The notes under the pieces: model-generated | What the model saw: the letters and a program-made list of their open reading frames with translations, nothing else | Database searches by the model: none | Told to the model about the DNA's origin: nothing | Shown here: positions 20,572 to 29,870 of the stretch, piece by piece | Position numbering within the stretch: the stretch's first letter is position 1 | Layout: each line of letters opens with the position of its first letter | Translations under genes and position numbers: made by a program | Source of the DNA: an uncultured virus (IMG/VR IMGVR_UViG_3300042934_000869) | Lineage: Duplodnaviria > Heunggongvirae > Uroviricota > Caudoviricetes | Virus record (IMG/VR): IMGVR_UViG_3300042934_000869 | DNA: 64,000 bases | Strand: one strand, 5' to 3'

Positions 20572-21168
20572 TTACTTAAATGATTTTGATTCTGTAATAG
20601 TATCTTCTTTGTAATCTAGTCTCTTACTCTTAGGGAAATTTCTAATACCTTCTTTTGATGTTAATATCCATATAATTATATCTATTTCTCTAGTAGATGG
20701 AAAGAAATTTGCTGAACCTTCCATAATCTTTTTAAATCTTATTGGATTGAAATCCGTCATGGTATATATGTATTTCATAACTCCTCCATAGATATCTATT
20801 ATCTCTTTATCTATGGAGTTCTTTACGGTTTGGTGAACTAGAGTAAAATATTTACTAAAACCTTCTATACAAGATTTTATTAGGTACTCACTTTCTTTTA
20901 CTTGGTTTAATAAATACTCTAGATTCTCTCTATAATTTTCTTCTTCATAGAGCGTAGATTTAAAAGTGTTTAGTTTTCTGAGTATTTCTTCATTTTCATT
21001 TTCTTTTGTTATATAAACTCTGTGCTCATCACATTCTACTTTATCTATCTTAATTCCTTTGGTTTTAAAATATAATTCTGTAGCTTTACAAAGACTTATA
21101 TCGGTTACTTGTTCTGCAATTGTTAATACTATTCCACCTTCTAGAACTACTATATTTACTTCTTTCAT
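20572..21168 (-). CDS. paralog-family protein with XRE-like HTH
   Basis: TDFNPIRFKKIMEG...PSTREI; C-terminal ITESKSFK. Confidence 0.6.
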   Translation of the reverse strand: MKEVNIVVLEGGIVLTIAEQVTDISLCKATELYFKTKGIKIDKVECDEHRVYITKENENEEILRKLNTFKSTLYEEENYRENLEYLLNQVKESEYLIKSCIEGFSKYFTLVHQTVKNSIDKEIIDIYGGVMKYIYTMTDFNPIRFKKIMEGSANFFPSTREIDIIIWILTSKEGIRNFPKSKRLDYKEDTITESKSFK

Positions 21169-21194
21169 TTTGTCTTACCTCATTCTCAATATAT

Positions 21195-22271
21195 TTAGAT
21201 TATCTCTTCATACATATTTATATATTTATTAATCTCTTCTTTAGATACTTTTGTAGAGTCTATACGGACTATTGAAGTCTCAGGCCTATAATCATTTCTC
21301 ATTCTTATAAGATTAAAGAACTTAAGTTCTTTAAAGTTTATATTTCTACTTTTAGAAAAATCACTTATTAAAAGGAAATCTATAGTTGGAGAATCTTTTA
21401 CATATGGTTTATACATAACTATAGTATCTATACCTAAATCTTCTATTATCAGTGATTTTAGTTCTTTAACGTATTCATATATTTCTGAGTATTCAGTCTT
21501 AAATGAAGAAGATTCTGAAATTTCTTCTCTATACTTCCTAGCTGCTTCTTCATGATTATACCTATCTAATCCATAAGAAACACTTGTAGGAAATCTGTTT
21601 GGCTTTTCATAGTCTTCGATTCTATCTTCAAATTTCATATCTTTTATTTTTCCTACCATTTCTGTTTTACAATCAGCAAGATAATATATGATAATTAACT
21701 CATCTAATGTCGGTAGAGTACTAAACATTCCTCTCATTAGATTATTGAATCGATCTATGCTTATTCCTGTATTATTATCTATATAATCATTTATGTGATC
21801 AGTATACCTTATTCCTTTGTTTGATAAGTAAGATACTATATTCTCGTATGCCCTTAAAGTTACTGAGCATATCTCTTTTGATAATTTTTCATAATTATTT
21901 CTTATATTATTTATCTCTCTAAAAGTCTCTACTGGTTTATTTATAAGAAGTGTATTTAATTCTTTAGTAGTTATGCTATGTTTAAGATGATTCACAGACA
22001 TTCCTTTTAACATTCTTTTCATATCAAACTCACTATATGATTGAATTTCTCTTTCTTCAGTTATTATATATGGTATAGACTTTATTACATTTAGGTCTCT
22101 ATCCATAAAGTTGAATTGTATCTCTGTATCTATTTTTGGGTCTCCACTGTCTACGAAAGAGTATCCTTCTATATCTTTTCCAAACCAGTCTATTACTATT
22201 CTTTGTATGTGGTTAATATCTGGACGCTCTATCAATGTAGCTTCCTTGTCTTTCATTTTTAATTTGTACAT
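21195..22271 (-). CDS. multidomain protein: family domain + XRE-like HTH + degenerate nucleotidyltransferase-like tail
   Basis: YKLKM...ERPDIN; TGISIDRFNNLMRG...PTLDEL; IDTIVMY...TIDFLLIS. Confidence 0.55.
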   Translation of the reverse strand: MYKLKMKDKEATLIERPDINHIQRIVIDWFGKDIEGYSFVDSGDPKIDTEIQFNFMDRDLNVIKSIPYIITEEREIQSYSEFDMKRMLKGMSVNHLKHSITTKELNTLLINKPVETFREINNIRNNYEKLSKEICSVTLRAYENIVSYLSNKGIRYTDHINDYIDNNTGISIDRFNNLMRGMFSTLPTLDELIIIYYLADCKTEMVGKIKDMKFEDRIEDYEKPNRFPTSVSYGLDRYNHEEAARKYREEISESSSFKTEYSEIYEYVKELKSLIIEDLGIDTIVMYKPYVKDSPTIDFLLISDFSKSRNINFKELKFFNLIRMRNDYRPETSIVRIDSTKVSKEEINKYINMYEEII

Positions 22272-22295
22272 TATTATATCTCTTTGGTTCGAATT

Positions 22296-22871
22296 CTATG
22301 AACCAAATCCTCCTCCTAAGTTCTTTAGATCAAATGCATGAGACTTTATAACTCTTGTATTATCTATCACCGGATAATTATTTAGAGTTACGTTAAATGA
22401 ATCAATCTCTTCAGATTTATCATCTAGACAGATAACAGTATTATCTTTGAAATTCACTGCCTTTACATCTGTTAGTAAGTCTTTAAGTATAAAAGATATA
22501 CATTCTTTTATGGCGCTATCGCTAGGTTTATCAGTAAAAATAAATCCTTTATCTTTAACCGTTAATACCCAATTATTAGGTATAGTGTGAATCTCACTTA
22601 CTTTAGTACTATTTAATTGTTTCTGTAATAAAGAACTATCATCATTTGAATCCAGAACTTCCACTATCTTATAACTTTCTTGTTTCAATAATTCCTTGGT
22701 TTCACTATCTCTTATACTGAAAATATATAACTCTTTATTTACTTCTACATCAAAATCTCTTTTTATTTTTGGAGTGTAGTGGAGTGTAAATATATATTCT
22801 AAGGTTCGTATGTTAGGTTTTTTGCTAACCTTTATTTCCTCTTTTAAAAATTTTACAATGTATAATCCCAT
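22296..22871 (-). CDS. paralog-family protein (two repeat domains)
   Basis: YIVKF...KKPNI and WVLTV...DKPSD; near-C-terminal VIKSHAF. Confidence 0.7.
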   Translation of the reverse strand: MGLYIVKFLKEEIKVSKKPNIRTLEYIFTLHYTPKIKRDFDVEVNKELYIFSIRDSETKELLKQESYKIVEVLDSNDDSSLLQKQLNSTKVSEIHTIPNNWVLTVKDKGFIFTDKPSDSAIKECISFILKDLLTDVKAVNFKDNTVICLDDKSEEIDSFNVTLNNYPVIDNTRVIKSHAFDLKNLGGGFGS

Positions 22872-22872
22872 T

Positions 22873-23208
22873 TTATCCTCTCCATTCCTCTATTTTTATT
22901 CCTAGTTTATTTTCTATCCATATGGCTACTAAATGTCTGTGACAGAATTCATTAGACTTTTCATAACATAATATTACTTTATCTTTTAAATCTTCATATA
23001 CTTTTTTAGCATCTAGTCTAGATAGAACTTTATTATGATATTCCTCTATATATTCTTCTGTAGTAATTTTATCGGATTTGTATCTATACACTAAGTCCTC
23101 TGGTGGAAATAAATCTTTATATTCATCATAAGGAAACCACCATGGTTTTCTAACTGCTATAGATACACCGTTTGACTTTTTATATTTTGCAAAATATGAT
23201 GTATGCAT
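22873..23208 (-). CDS. DUF488-family protein
   Basis: TSYFA...VSIA...P.W...LFPP...LCYEK...CHRHLVA. Confidence 0.85.
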   Translation of the reverse strand: MHTSYFAKYKKSNGVSIAVRKPWWFPYDEYKDLFPPEDLVYRYKSDKITTEEYIEEYHNKVLSRLDAKKVYEDLKDKVILCYEKSNEFCHRHLVAIWIENKLGIKIEEWRG

Positions 23209-23223
23209 AATATTTCCTCCTTA

Positions 23224-23269
23224 TAGACTTATTAGGTGTGTTACAGTATATAACACACCTATAAACCTA
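23224..23269 (-). promoter_or_regulatory. bulged intergenic hairpin (family member)
   Basis: TAGACTTATTAGGTGTGTTA-cagtata-TAACACACCTATAAACCTA. Confidence 0.55.
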
Positions 23270-24052
23270 CATTTTATTCTGAAAACTATTTGATACTTTT
23301 ATTCTATTAAATGAATATAAATTCTTTTCATAATCAACTACTTGTAGTTGTGAACATATATATTCTTTGTTTGAACACTCTATAGATAGGGTATGTATAC
23401 TATCATTACTTTCTACAACTGAAACTCTTTTCGCCCCTAGTTTATTAAACTCCTCTCCTATCTTCCCAACAGACCTGCTATCAACTAATTTTATTCTTAG
23501 AAATGATTCAATTAAATTATTACTCTCAGAGCCAAAACCATGATTGTATTTTTCACTATCTATTTTAAATTTTAGTATGGTATTATCTTCAAATATTTTA
23601 TATACTATACCTACAAGGCTGTTAAAGTATTTTGAGAATGTCTTTACTGCAACTTGTATTATAGATTCTTCCCTGAAATGTGCTAGGGAATTTCTAATGT
23701 TAAAGAGTTTTAAGAGTAAGTTCTTTTCTTCTTTATTTATTATTTTTCTCTGATAGAGCCAGTATACACTGTCCGTATAACTCTGAAATCTAAATGGGGT
23801 ATCTGCATATGTATATAATATACCCGATTTATAGAATACTATTTCGCATAGTTCTATGAAATTATAACACAGAGCCCTCCAATTTATTATTATGTTTGAG
23901 TATACAGTATTTATATTCTTTCCTTCTTCTTTTTTAGTTTTGTATAGATCTGTGTAGTTTTCTATGTTTAACAGAACGACCTTATTTAATTTTAAGTTGA
24001 TAACTACTCTTGTATCTAGGCTGGATTCTAAATTTTTATTAAATATAATCAT
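23267..24052 (-). CDS. HEPN (DUF86/HepT-like) RNase domain with C-terminal extension
   Basis: SYTDSV...L...KII...RNSLAH (Rx4H motif). Confidence 0.75.
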   Translation of the reverse strand: MIIFNKNLESSLDTRVVINLKLNKVVLLNIENYTDLYKTKKEEGKNINTVYSNIIINWRALCYNFIELCEIVFYKSGILYTYADTPFRFQSYTDSVYWLYQRKIINKEEKNLLLKLFNIRNSLAHFREESIIQVAVKTFSKYFNSLVGIVYKIFEDNTILKFKIDSEKYNHGFGSESNNLIESFLRIKLVDSRSVGKIGEEFNKLGAKRVSVVESNDSIHTLSIECSNKEYICSQLQVVDYEKNLYSFNRIKVSNSFQNKM

Positions 24053-24381
24053 ATAACTACCATATCCTTTAATGTGTTATCCATATCTAGATTACTCAAT
24101 TGTGAACTGTCAGTTAGTATAAAATTTACTGCTATATCTGTTTGTCTTTGTATTTCTTCTTCTATTGTAGATAGAAAATCTAGTATATCATCACTCTCTA
24201 GAATCTTATCTATCTTGCTTAGGTCTTTAAAGATATTTACTATTTTACAAATATCGCTATTAAAATCATCTTCTAATGTTTTAATAGGAACACCTATTAT
24301 TATATTATCACCTAGCCTATCTTTTAATTTAGATTTATTTAGTTCTATAGCCGTTAAAAGTTTTTTATTTTTATAACTCAT
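24049..24381 (-). CDS. degenerate MNT-like protein, putative antitoxin
   Basis: 110 aa, overlaps the HEPN start; SDI and VNFI elements present but GS motif absent. Confidence 0.5.
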   Translation of the reverse strand: MSYKNKKLLTAIELNKSKLKDRLGDNIIIGVPIKTLEDDFNSDICKIVNIFKDLSKIDKILESDDILDFLSTIEEEIQRQTDIAVNFILTDSSQLSNLDMDNTLKDMVVI

Positions 24382-24404
24382 AGATACCCTCCTTCTTAGT
24401 GGTT

Positions 24405-24701
24405 CTATACCTTAACTGTGGACACATAAAAATACTTTTTTAATATTGTTTTCTCTCCTTTTATCTTCATATCTTTCTCATTAGTTACCTCTATAACTAC
24501 ATTGTTGAAACCTTTTACAGAAAGCTCTTCTCTGATATTTTCTGAAACTAGTTTACTATTTGTGTTATCTTTGCTTACCTCTTTGTCTATTACTAGATTA
24601 AATAGTTCATTATCTTTATAATTCTTAACTTCTGAAGCTACAAATATAAGAAGAATGCATACTAAAGATTCTAGTAAAAGTCTTATAACTTTAGTTCTCA
24701 T
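24405..24701 (-). CDS. small membrane-anchored protein
   Basis: N-terminal TM segment. Confidence 0.6.
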   Translation of the reverse strand: MRTKVIRLLLESLVCILLIFVASEVKNYKDNELFNLVIDKEVSKDNTNSKLVSENIREELSVKGFNNVVIEVTNEKDMKIKGEKTILKKYFYVSTVKV

Positions 24702-25791
24702 ATATCTCCTTTATAGCTTCTTGTATCTTAGAATATGCATTATAGATAAGTCCAGTTAAGAAGTCTAAATCTATCTCTAAATTGCATTTTTTTGCTGTTT
24801 TATCTAGTAGGTATTCTATTTCTCTTCTTCCTATTCTTTCAAACATATTTGGATTAATTTCATTTTTATTATCTTCTAAAAATTCTATAAAGTACTTAAC
24901 CATTATATCATTTCTTTCATTATTACTCATATACCCTTTTGAAATCAAGGATAAGTTATTATCAAAATTTGGAGCTAGTCTGATTATGTTACCATCACTC
25001 CTATTCCTTATAAATCCAAAATTATCGTTATGTCTATCGAAATTTATAACCAATGTATCTAGGTATATAATAACAACATACTGAAGTGCTATTGATTTAT
25101 TTATGTCTAGTAGTATATTAAATATACTAGTATAATCATCATTATCCTCTCCTATGTAGTGTGAGATAGGTTCATAGAATTCTCTGACTTTACTTACAAA
25201 ATTCTTAGACTTGATAGAGTCTCCTGCTAGCTTATAAATAGCCATATCGAAACCTAAATGTTTTCCTAGAGTGTATGTAAATAATTCAGAAAATATTTCT
25301 TCTCTAGTTCCCTTCTTGTACAGCCACCATGAATGATTTTCTAGGTTCCAACCTTTTTCATAACTTCCTGTATTTGTTAATTCAGGAGTTCTACTATAGT
25401 CTAAATTAAAAGCTTTTATATCTCCATAAAGAGCTGATTCAAAGAAATCGTTCTTACTAAACTTAATATCAGAAAATTTCATATTCTCTTCATCATCTGA
25501 TTTAAACCAATAAAAATCAGTTAGGTTCGCTCCATTAACTTTTAGTACTATTTCAGATATATCTCTAGTCCTGAATCCTAACGCCTTTCTAAGAAGTCTT
25601 GAGTTTATTCTATCTAAGTCTATTCCTCTTTTTTCTAACCAATACTCTAAAGACATTCCTTTTCTAAATAAATTAGGCGATAATTGATCATTCAGTACTG
25701 TTGGATAATTATCATTTATTCTCACAACTCTGGTATCCATATGCATGACGTACCCATTGTAATTTTTTCTAAAGTTATTTAGTTTTTCCAT
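24691..25791 (-). CDS. HipA/CtkA-like kinase (N-terminal domain fused)
   Basis: WLEKR...ANLTDFYW; TPELTNTGSYEKGW...LYK; NFDRHNDNFGF; LAPNFDNNLSL. Confidence 0.85.
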   Translation of the reverse strand: MEKLNNFRKNYNGYVMHMDTRVVRINDNYPTVLNDQLSPNLFRKGMSLEYWLEKRGIDLDRINSRLLRKALGFRTRDISEIVLKVNGANLTDFYWFKSDDEENMKFSDIKFSKNDFFESALYGDIKAFNLDYSRTPELTNTGSYEKGWNLENHSWWLYKKGTREEIFSELFTYTLGKHLGFDMAIYKLAGDSIKSKNFVSKVREFYEPISHYIGEDNDDYTSIFNILLDINKSIALQYVVIIYLDTLVINFDRHNDNFGFIRNRSDGNIIRLAPNFDNNLSLISKGYMSNNERNDIMVKYFIEFLEDNKNEINPNMFERIGRREIEYLLDKTAKKCNLEIDLDFLTGLIYNAYSKIQEAIKEIYEN

Positions 25792-25815
25792 AAAGATACC
25801 TCTCTTTCTATCATA

Positions 25816-25860
25816 AAATATAATGGAGGATATCCATAGTTGATATCCTCCATTATATTT
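25816..25860. repeat. 19-bp perfect inverted repeat
   Basis: AAATATAATGGAGGATATC-catagtt-GATATCCTCCATTATATTT. Confidence 0.8.
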
Positions 25861-26324
25861 TAATAAAGTGTTTTGTGCAAATACCTTAGTAGTTCTATAT
25901 CAAATTGTATATAGTTAGCGGGAGAAACTATAGATTCTATTAATAACCTAAATAAATCTATATCGCAGTTTACTGTATTATTTATATTTTCTATAAGTGC
26001 TTGACATCTTATTTTATTATCAATTTTTATTACTGCTCTATATTCCTCTTTAGAGTACCAATTGAATTCAATACTCATTGTTACTGAATTACCGTATTTG
26101 TCAGTTAGGTTTAATACTGATGGATATAGATGTTCGAAGAACCCTATCTTTTCTGTTGAAGTTTCTGCCTCTATAGTAGTGTAATCATCTATAGGCGTAT
26201 CATTTTCAAGGTTACCCATGTTATATAAATTTATTTCATCCTTAGTAATTCTTATAGTAAAATTCTCATATTTATTAGGTTTTCCCATATATCTATTTCT
26301 TATCTTCAAAGATTTTTTCCTCAT
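25860..26324 (-). CDS. hypothetical protein
   Basis: 154 aa, GGAGG RBS. Confidence 0.7.
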   Translation of the reverse strand: MRKKSLKIRNRYMGKPNKYENFTIRITKDEINLYNMGNLENDTPIDDYTTIEAETSTEKIGFFEHLYPSVLNLTDKYGNSVTMSIEFNWYSKEEYRAVIKIDNKIRCQALIENINNTVNCDIDLFRLLIESIVSPANYIQFDIELLRYLHKTLY

Positions 26325-26371
26325 TCTATCACCTCCGTTAGTATTTTATTCTAGACATCCTTGTCAATATA

Positions 26372-26554
26372 CTAGTACATGTATTTTAATTTCGGGAATA
26401 AGTATTCTAACATTTCTTTAACTTCTTTTGGATATATTATTGCAGATAATATAATAGATGCTATAACTAATATGCCGAACCAAAATAATAATTCTTCTTT
26501 TGTAAAAGAATTTATGACTCTATACTCTTCATCTTCTTTTTCATCATAATTCAT
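26372..26554 (-). CDS. small membrane protein (probable start MNYDEK)
   Basis: GGAGG before internal ATG; one TM. Confidence 0.55.
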   Translation of the reverse strand: MNYDEKEDEEYRVINSFTKEELLFWFGILVIASIILSAIIYPKEVKEMLEYLFPKLKYMY

Positions 26555-26586
26555 TAATGAGACCTCCATTAAATATTGATACTTAT

Positions 26587-26703
26587 TTACATAAATATAA
26601 AATAATATATACTTAATACAACACATAGAATTACTCCCACAGTTAGTATTAAAAATCCTCTTCCTTCAATACCTGTTCCATCAGTATTATTTTTATTACT
26701 CAT
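26587..26703 (-). CDS. 38-aa membrane peptide (not in ORF track)
   Basis: GAGGAGG RBS; MSNKNNTDGTGIEGRGFLILTVGVILCVVLSIYYFIFM. Confidence 0.55.
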   Translation of the reverse strand: MSNKNNTDGTGIEGRGFLILTVGVILCVVLSIYYFIFM

Positions 26704-26748
26704 ATATGTATTTACCTCCTCAAGTTTGATAATATCTATTACCAAAAA

Positions 26749-26889
26749 TCATTCTAAGATTGTAAATAGAACTTCTGGAAATAATATTGAAATCATAACA
26801 ATGCCTCCGATTAAGAATACTATAAGTGATAAGATAAATTCTTTTAAACCGAAAACACTTTCTACTTCATAATTCTTATCATCATACAT
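26749..26889 (-). CDS. 46-aa membrane peptide, paralog of 26372-26554 (not in ORF track)
   Basis: MYDDKNYEVESVFGLKEFILSLIVFLIGGIVMISILFPEVLFTILE. Confidence 0.5.
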   Translation of the reverse strand: MYDDKNYEVESVFGLKEFILSLIVFLIGGIVMISILFPEVLFTILE

Positions 26890-26891
26890 AT

Positions 26892-27206
26892 CTATCTTCT
26901 CCCAAATGCTGTACTATCTAATATGGAACTCTCTTTGTTATTTATTTCACATATAGAACTTATATAATGTAATTCTCCTATGATGGTTTTTATTCCTTCT
27001 TCTTCTCTAAATCTTAATTTATCATCTAAAGAGTAAAGTAACATTATTGCAGACTCCTTAGGATTTATTCTAAATGTTTCTCCACTTCTTTCTATGTTGC
27101 TAATATTATCAATAAACTTTCTTAGAAGTTTACTGCATTCTACTCTTAGCGATTCTTTATCATCAGTTAAGGATTTAATATGTTCATAATTAAACTCTAT
27201 ATTCAT
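26892..27206 (-). CDS. hypothetical protein
   Basis: 104 aa, AGGAGG RBS, C-terminal ILDSTAF. Confidence 0.7.
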   Translation of the reverse strand: MNIEFNYEHIKSLTDDKESLRVECSKLLRKFIDNISNIERSGETFRINPKESAIMLLYSLDDKLRFREEEGIKTIIGELHYISSICEINNKESSILDSTAFGRR

Positions 27207-27218
27207 AAAACCTCCTAA

Positions 27219-27265
27219 TGAAGTTATATGTATATTATCTCATATAACTTCAGTATATTATAACA
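27219..27265 (-). promoter_or_regulatory. extended -10 promoter followed by 12-bp inverted repeat before the RBS
   Basis: minus-strand TGTTATAAT at about 27257-27265; TGAAGTTATATG...CATATAACTTCA at 27219-27252. Confidence 0.45.
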
Positions 27266-27362
27266 AAATTCAGTGATTTTTGAGGGTTGTAAGCTATGAG
27301 GGGATTTTTGAGTATTGACCCTACATACTTATATATTTTTGTAATTCTCATTTAAAAATTCT

Positions 27363-27611
27363 TTAAATTTTTGTAATTTTTGTAACTGTGAAATTTATTG
27401 TATAAACTACTTGACCAAATTTATTTACTATTACATATACCCATATAGCTATTCCAATTATAGTCAGTATTATTAAAATAACAGTAATGTATTTCTGAAA
27501 TATATTTTTGTTTTTTATTATTGTCATCCTATGAAGTAAGTACAATGTATAACATAGCAATGCAGAGACTAGTAAAACATCAAATATACTTAATAAATTA
27601 CCTATATCCAT
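27363..27611 (-). CDS. small two-TM membrane protein
   Basis: two hydrophobic helices; overlaps the upstream gene, so probably in the RT operon. Confidence 0.6.
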   Translation of the reverse strand: MDIGNLLSIFDVLLVSALLCYTLYLLHRMTIIKNKNIFQKYITVILIILTIIGIAIWVYVIVNKFGQVVYTINFTVTKITKI

Positions 27612-27933
27612 TACAGTTACTTCCTACTCTTAAGTATTTTTCTTTTACTTCTTTTATCTTCTGCTGTTCTTGTTTATAGAGAAATTCTAATTTAACATCA
27701 CTGTATGATGTGTTGTGTAATATAGAATCTGATATAAATACTGATATACTATGTCCAACATACTGAAACTTGTCGACTTCTACGAACACCTCAATTTCAT
27801 GATTTTCTAAATCTTCTTTATCTACATACATATCTACTATTCCCATTTTAGACGAAACAAGAACTTCTCTAACTTGTTTTAGATTCATATAGTTATTATT
27901 CATGTTACTACTCTCCTTAAAACTATTAGTCAC
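27598..27933 (-). CDS. hypothetical protein (possible degenerate MNT-like fold)
   Basis: 111 aa, overlaps the RT stop; true start may be the second Met. Confidence 0.55.
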   Translation of the reverse strand: MTNSFKESSNMNNNYMNLKQVREVLVSSKMGIVDMYVDKEDLENHEIEVFVEVDKFQYVGHSISVFISDSILHNTSYSDVKLEFLYKQEQQKIKEVKEKYLRVGSNCNGYR

Positions 27934-29779
27934 TTATCCACGAATTCTTTATTACTAATGTCACATCAAACATCTTAATCTTTATGAATTCTCTATTGGA
28001 TTTTATAAAACTTCCACAAAGTACTCTGAAAAATAAGTATGATATAAAATCAGAATACCTTCTAGGATAACTTACATTTGCTTTTAATTCTTCTAAACTG
28101 AATTTTAAATACAAAGAATTAATTCCGTATTGTCTGAAATACTGTTTGGGTTTGTATGTCTCATAATAATTACCCGATAATATACTTTGTTCTTTAAATG
28201 AAGAACGTATATACTTAGTCATTAATAATTCTTCATCTAAAGTGAGATTGTTGCAGATTCTATTCTCTTTTAGGTGTATTAATGCAATCTCATTATTTAA
28301 TTCTATCATTATTTCTTTGACTAAAAGATTATTATCTCTACTTATAATTTGATTATTTAATTTTATTGTCTTTTCATCTAAATTGAAAATTACATATTCT
28401 GGTCTTATAAATAGCCCATTTGAAATAAACCTTCCATTTGATTCCACTACGTGATTGTATAAATCTTCAAAACTTCCAGTAAATGATAATTCTTTTGTAG
28501 GCTTGATATTTTCTATAGCTTTATCTATTTTTATGACTTCACTATATCTATTTTTGTGTAGCATCAGATATACTTCGTTTAGGTATACATCTCTATCCAT
28601 TCTATATAGATTATACATCTGTACTAAAGATACATTTCCTAGTACTTTAAGGTCTTCTGATGTTATTTGTTTTGCATTACCTTTATTATGTTTATGTGTA
28701 AATACATAACGTAGTTGGTCTTTTATATAAAAATCTAACTCTCTTAGAGTTTTGTATGTTGTTATGTTAGAAAATAGATATCTAACTCTCCCATGTGAAT
28801 GTTCTAACTTTTCTGATAAGAAAGACTTATACAAACTTCTATTAATTTCTGATATACATCTTTCTACGTCTCTATAATTTTTCTTTACACCATTTTTCGA
28901 AGACCTAACTACGTATGACTTACATAAAGACTTAATAAACTTCTTAGTGTTAATAAATGTATTAGCACTTATGTCAATATATGATTTTGTTATATCTAAA
29001 CCTAAAAAGGTTAGTATGTCATTTGGATTATATCTTGTAGTCTTAGAGTCTTTTATTATTAATCCATATGGTATTAATTTTGTTTTTAACTCTTCGAATA
29101 TATTTTCTAATATGTTAGTGTCACTATGTCCAATCATTAAATCGTCGCTATATCTACAATAGCATAGACATTCACTTTCTAAATATTCGTCTATATCTCT
29201 AAGTACATAATTAGCAAAAAACGAACTAAGAGCGGAGCCAGGCATAAGAGATAATTCTCTATTTATTATCTCTCCTTTATATTCGTATTTATCTAGATTA
29301 AAGAATTTAAGAAGGAGGTCTCTTCCTTCTGTATCTTCTACTAGCTCATCTATAGCTTTAAATATAGTTTCTTTATTAACACTTAAAAAGAAGTTAGATA
29401 TATCTAATTTTATAAAATGCATATCATGCTCTCTTATACAACTTTGTATATTTTTTGATGCATCAAATGCCTTTACACCAGATAGGTACGAGTACACATT
29501 CTTATTTATTTTCCCTCTGTGGTTCTTAAAGAATATGCTATTTATTACCTTTAATAAAAATGAATCATTCTCTGAAAATATATAAATTTCTCTAAATTCA
29601 TTTGTTTTGTTAGCTTTTGGTATTAGTGCTAACCTTGGTTCTGAAAAACTATAAGTGTCTAATGACTTTATTAATAAATCTATATTGAATTCCTCACTAA
29701 GTTCTTTTTTCTTTTCATTATAATCTTGTAGAATTTCTATATAGTTTTCTCTATTTTTTAACTCTTTAAATAAATTCAT
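27926..29779 (-). CDS. reverse transcriptase (group II-like/unknown group) with about 200-aa C-terminal extension
   Basis: LIPK...REIYI, VYSYLSG, KLDISNFF, LMPGSALSSFFANYVL, RYSDD, FLG; thumb-like RYLF...LRELDFYIKDQLR...LGNVSLV. Confidence 0.9.
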   Translation of the reverse strand: MNLFKELKNRENYIEILQDYNEKKKELSEEFNIDLLIKSLDTYSFSEPRLALIPKANKTNEFREIYIFSENDSFLLKVINSIFFKNHRGKINKNVYSYLSGVKAFDASKNIQSCIREHDMHFIKLDISNFFLSVNKETIFKAIDELVEDTEGRDLLLKFFNLDKYEYKGEIINRELSLMPGSALSSFFANYVLRDIDEYLESECLCYCRYSDDLMIGHSDTNILENIFEELKTKLIPYGLIIKDSKTTRYNPNDILTFLGLDITKSYIDISANTFINTKKFIKSLCKSYVVRSSKNGVKKNYRDVERCISEINRSLYKSFLSEKLEHSHGRVRYLFSNITTYKTLRELDFYIKDQLRYVFTHKHNKGNAKQITSEDLKVLGNVSLVQMYNLYRMDRDVYLNEVYLMLHKNRYSEVIKIDKAIENIKPTKELSFTGSFEDLYNHVVESNGRFISNGLFIRPEYVIFNLDEKTIKLNNQIISRDNNLLVKEIMIELNNEIALIHLKENRICNNLTLDEELLMTKYIRSSFKEQSILSGNYYETYKPKQYFRQYGINSLYLKFSLEELKANVSYPRRYSDFISYLFFRVLCGSFIKSNREFIKIKMFDVTLVIKNSWISD

Positions 29780-29800
29780 AACTAACTCCTTTATTATAAA

Positions 29801-29865
29801 TTAGTTTTAGACTTGATACTATGTAAATATCAACTTTAAAACTAAGGCAGTAAGTTTACTGCCTA
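29801..29865 (-). promoter_or_regulatory. two adjacent hairpins directly upstream of the RT
   Basis: TTAGTTTTA..TTGATA/TATCAA..TAAAACTAA and AGGCAGTAA/TTACTGCCT. Confidence 0.55.
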
Positions 29866-29870
29866 GCAAT

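Noticed and set aside
27270..27320. GATTTTTGAG direct repeat downstream of the RT operon
   Set aside because: Only two short copies in AT-rich DNA; not an array.
27926..29779. RT as group II intron IEP, DGR RT or CRISPR RT-Cas1
   Set aside because: No flanking space for intron RNA; no adenine-variable TR/VR pair or Avd seen by eye; no cas genes or array. A self dot-plot would be needed to exclude a DGR formally.
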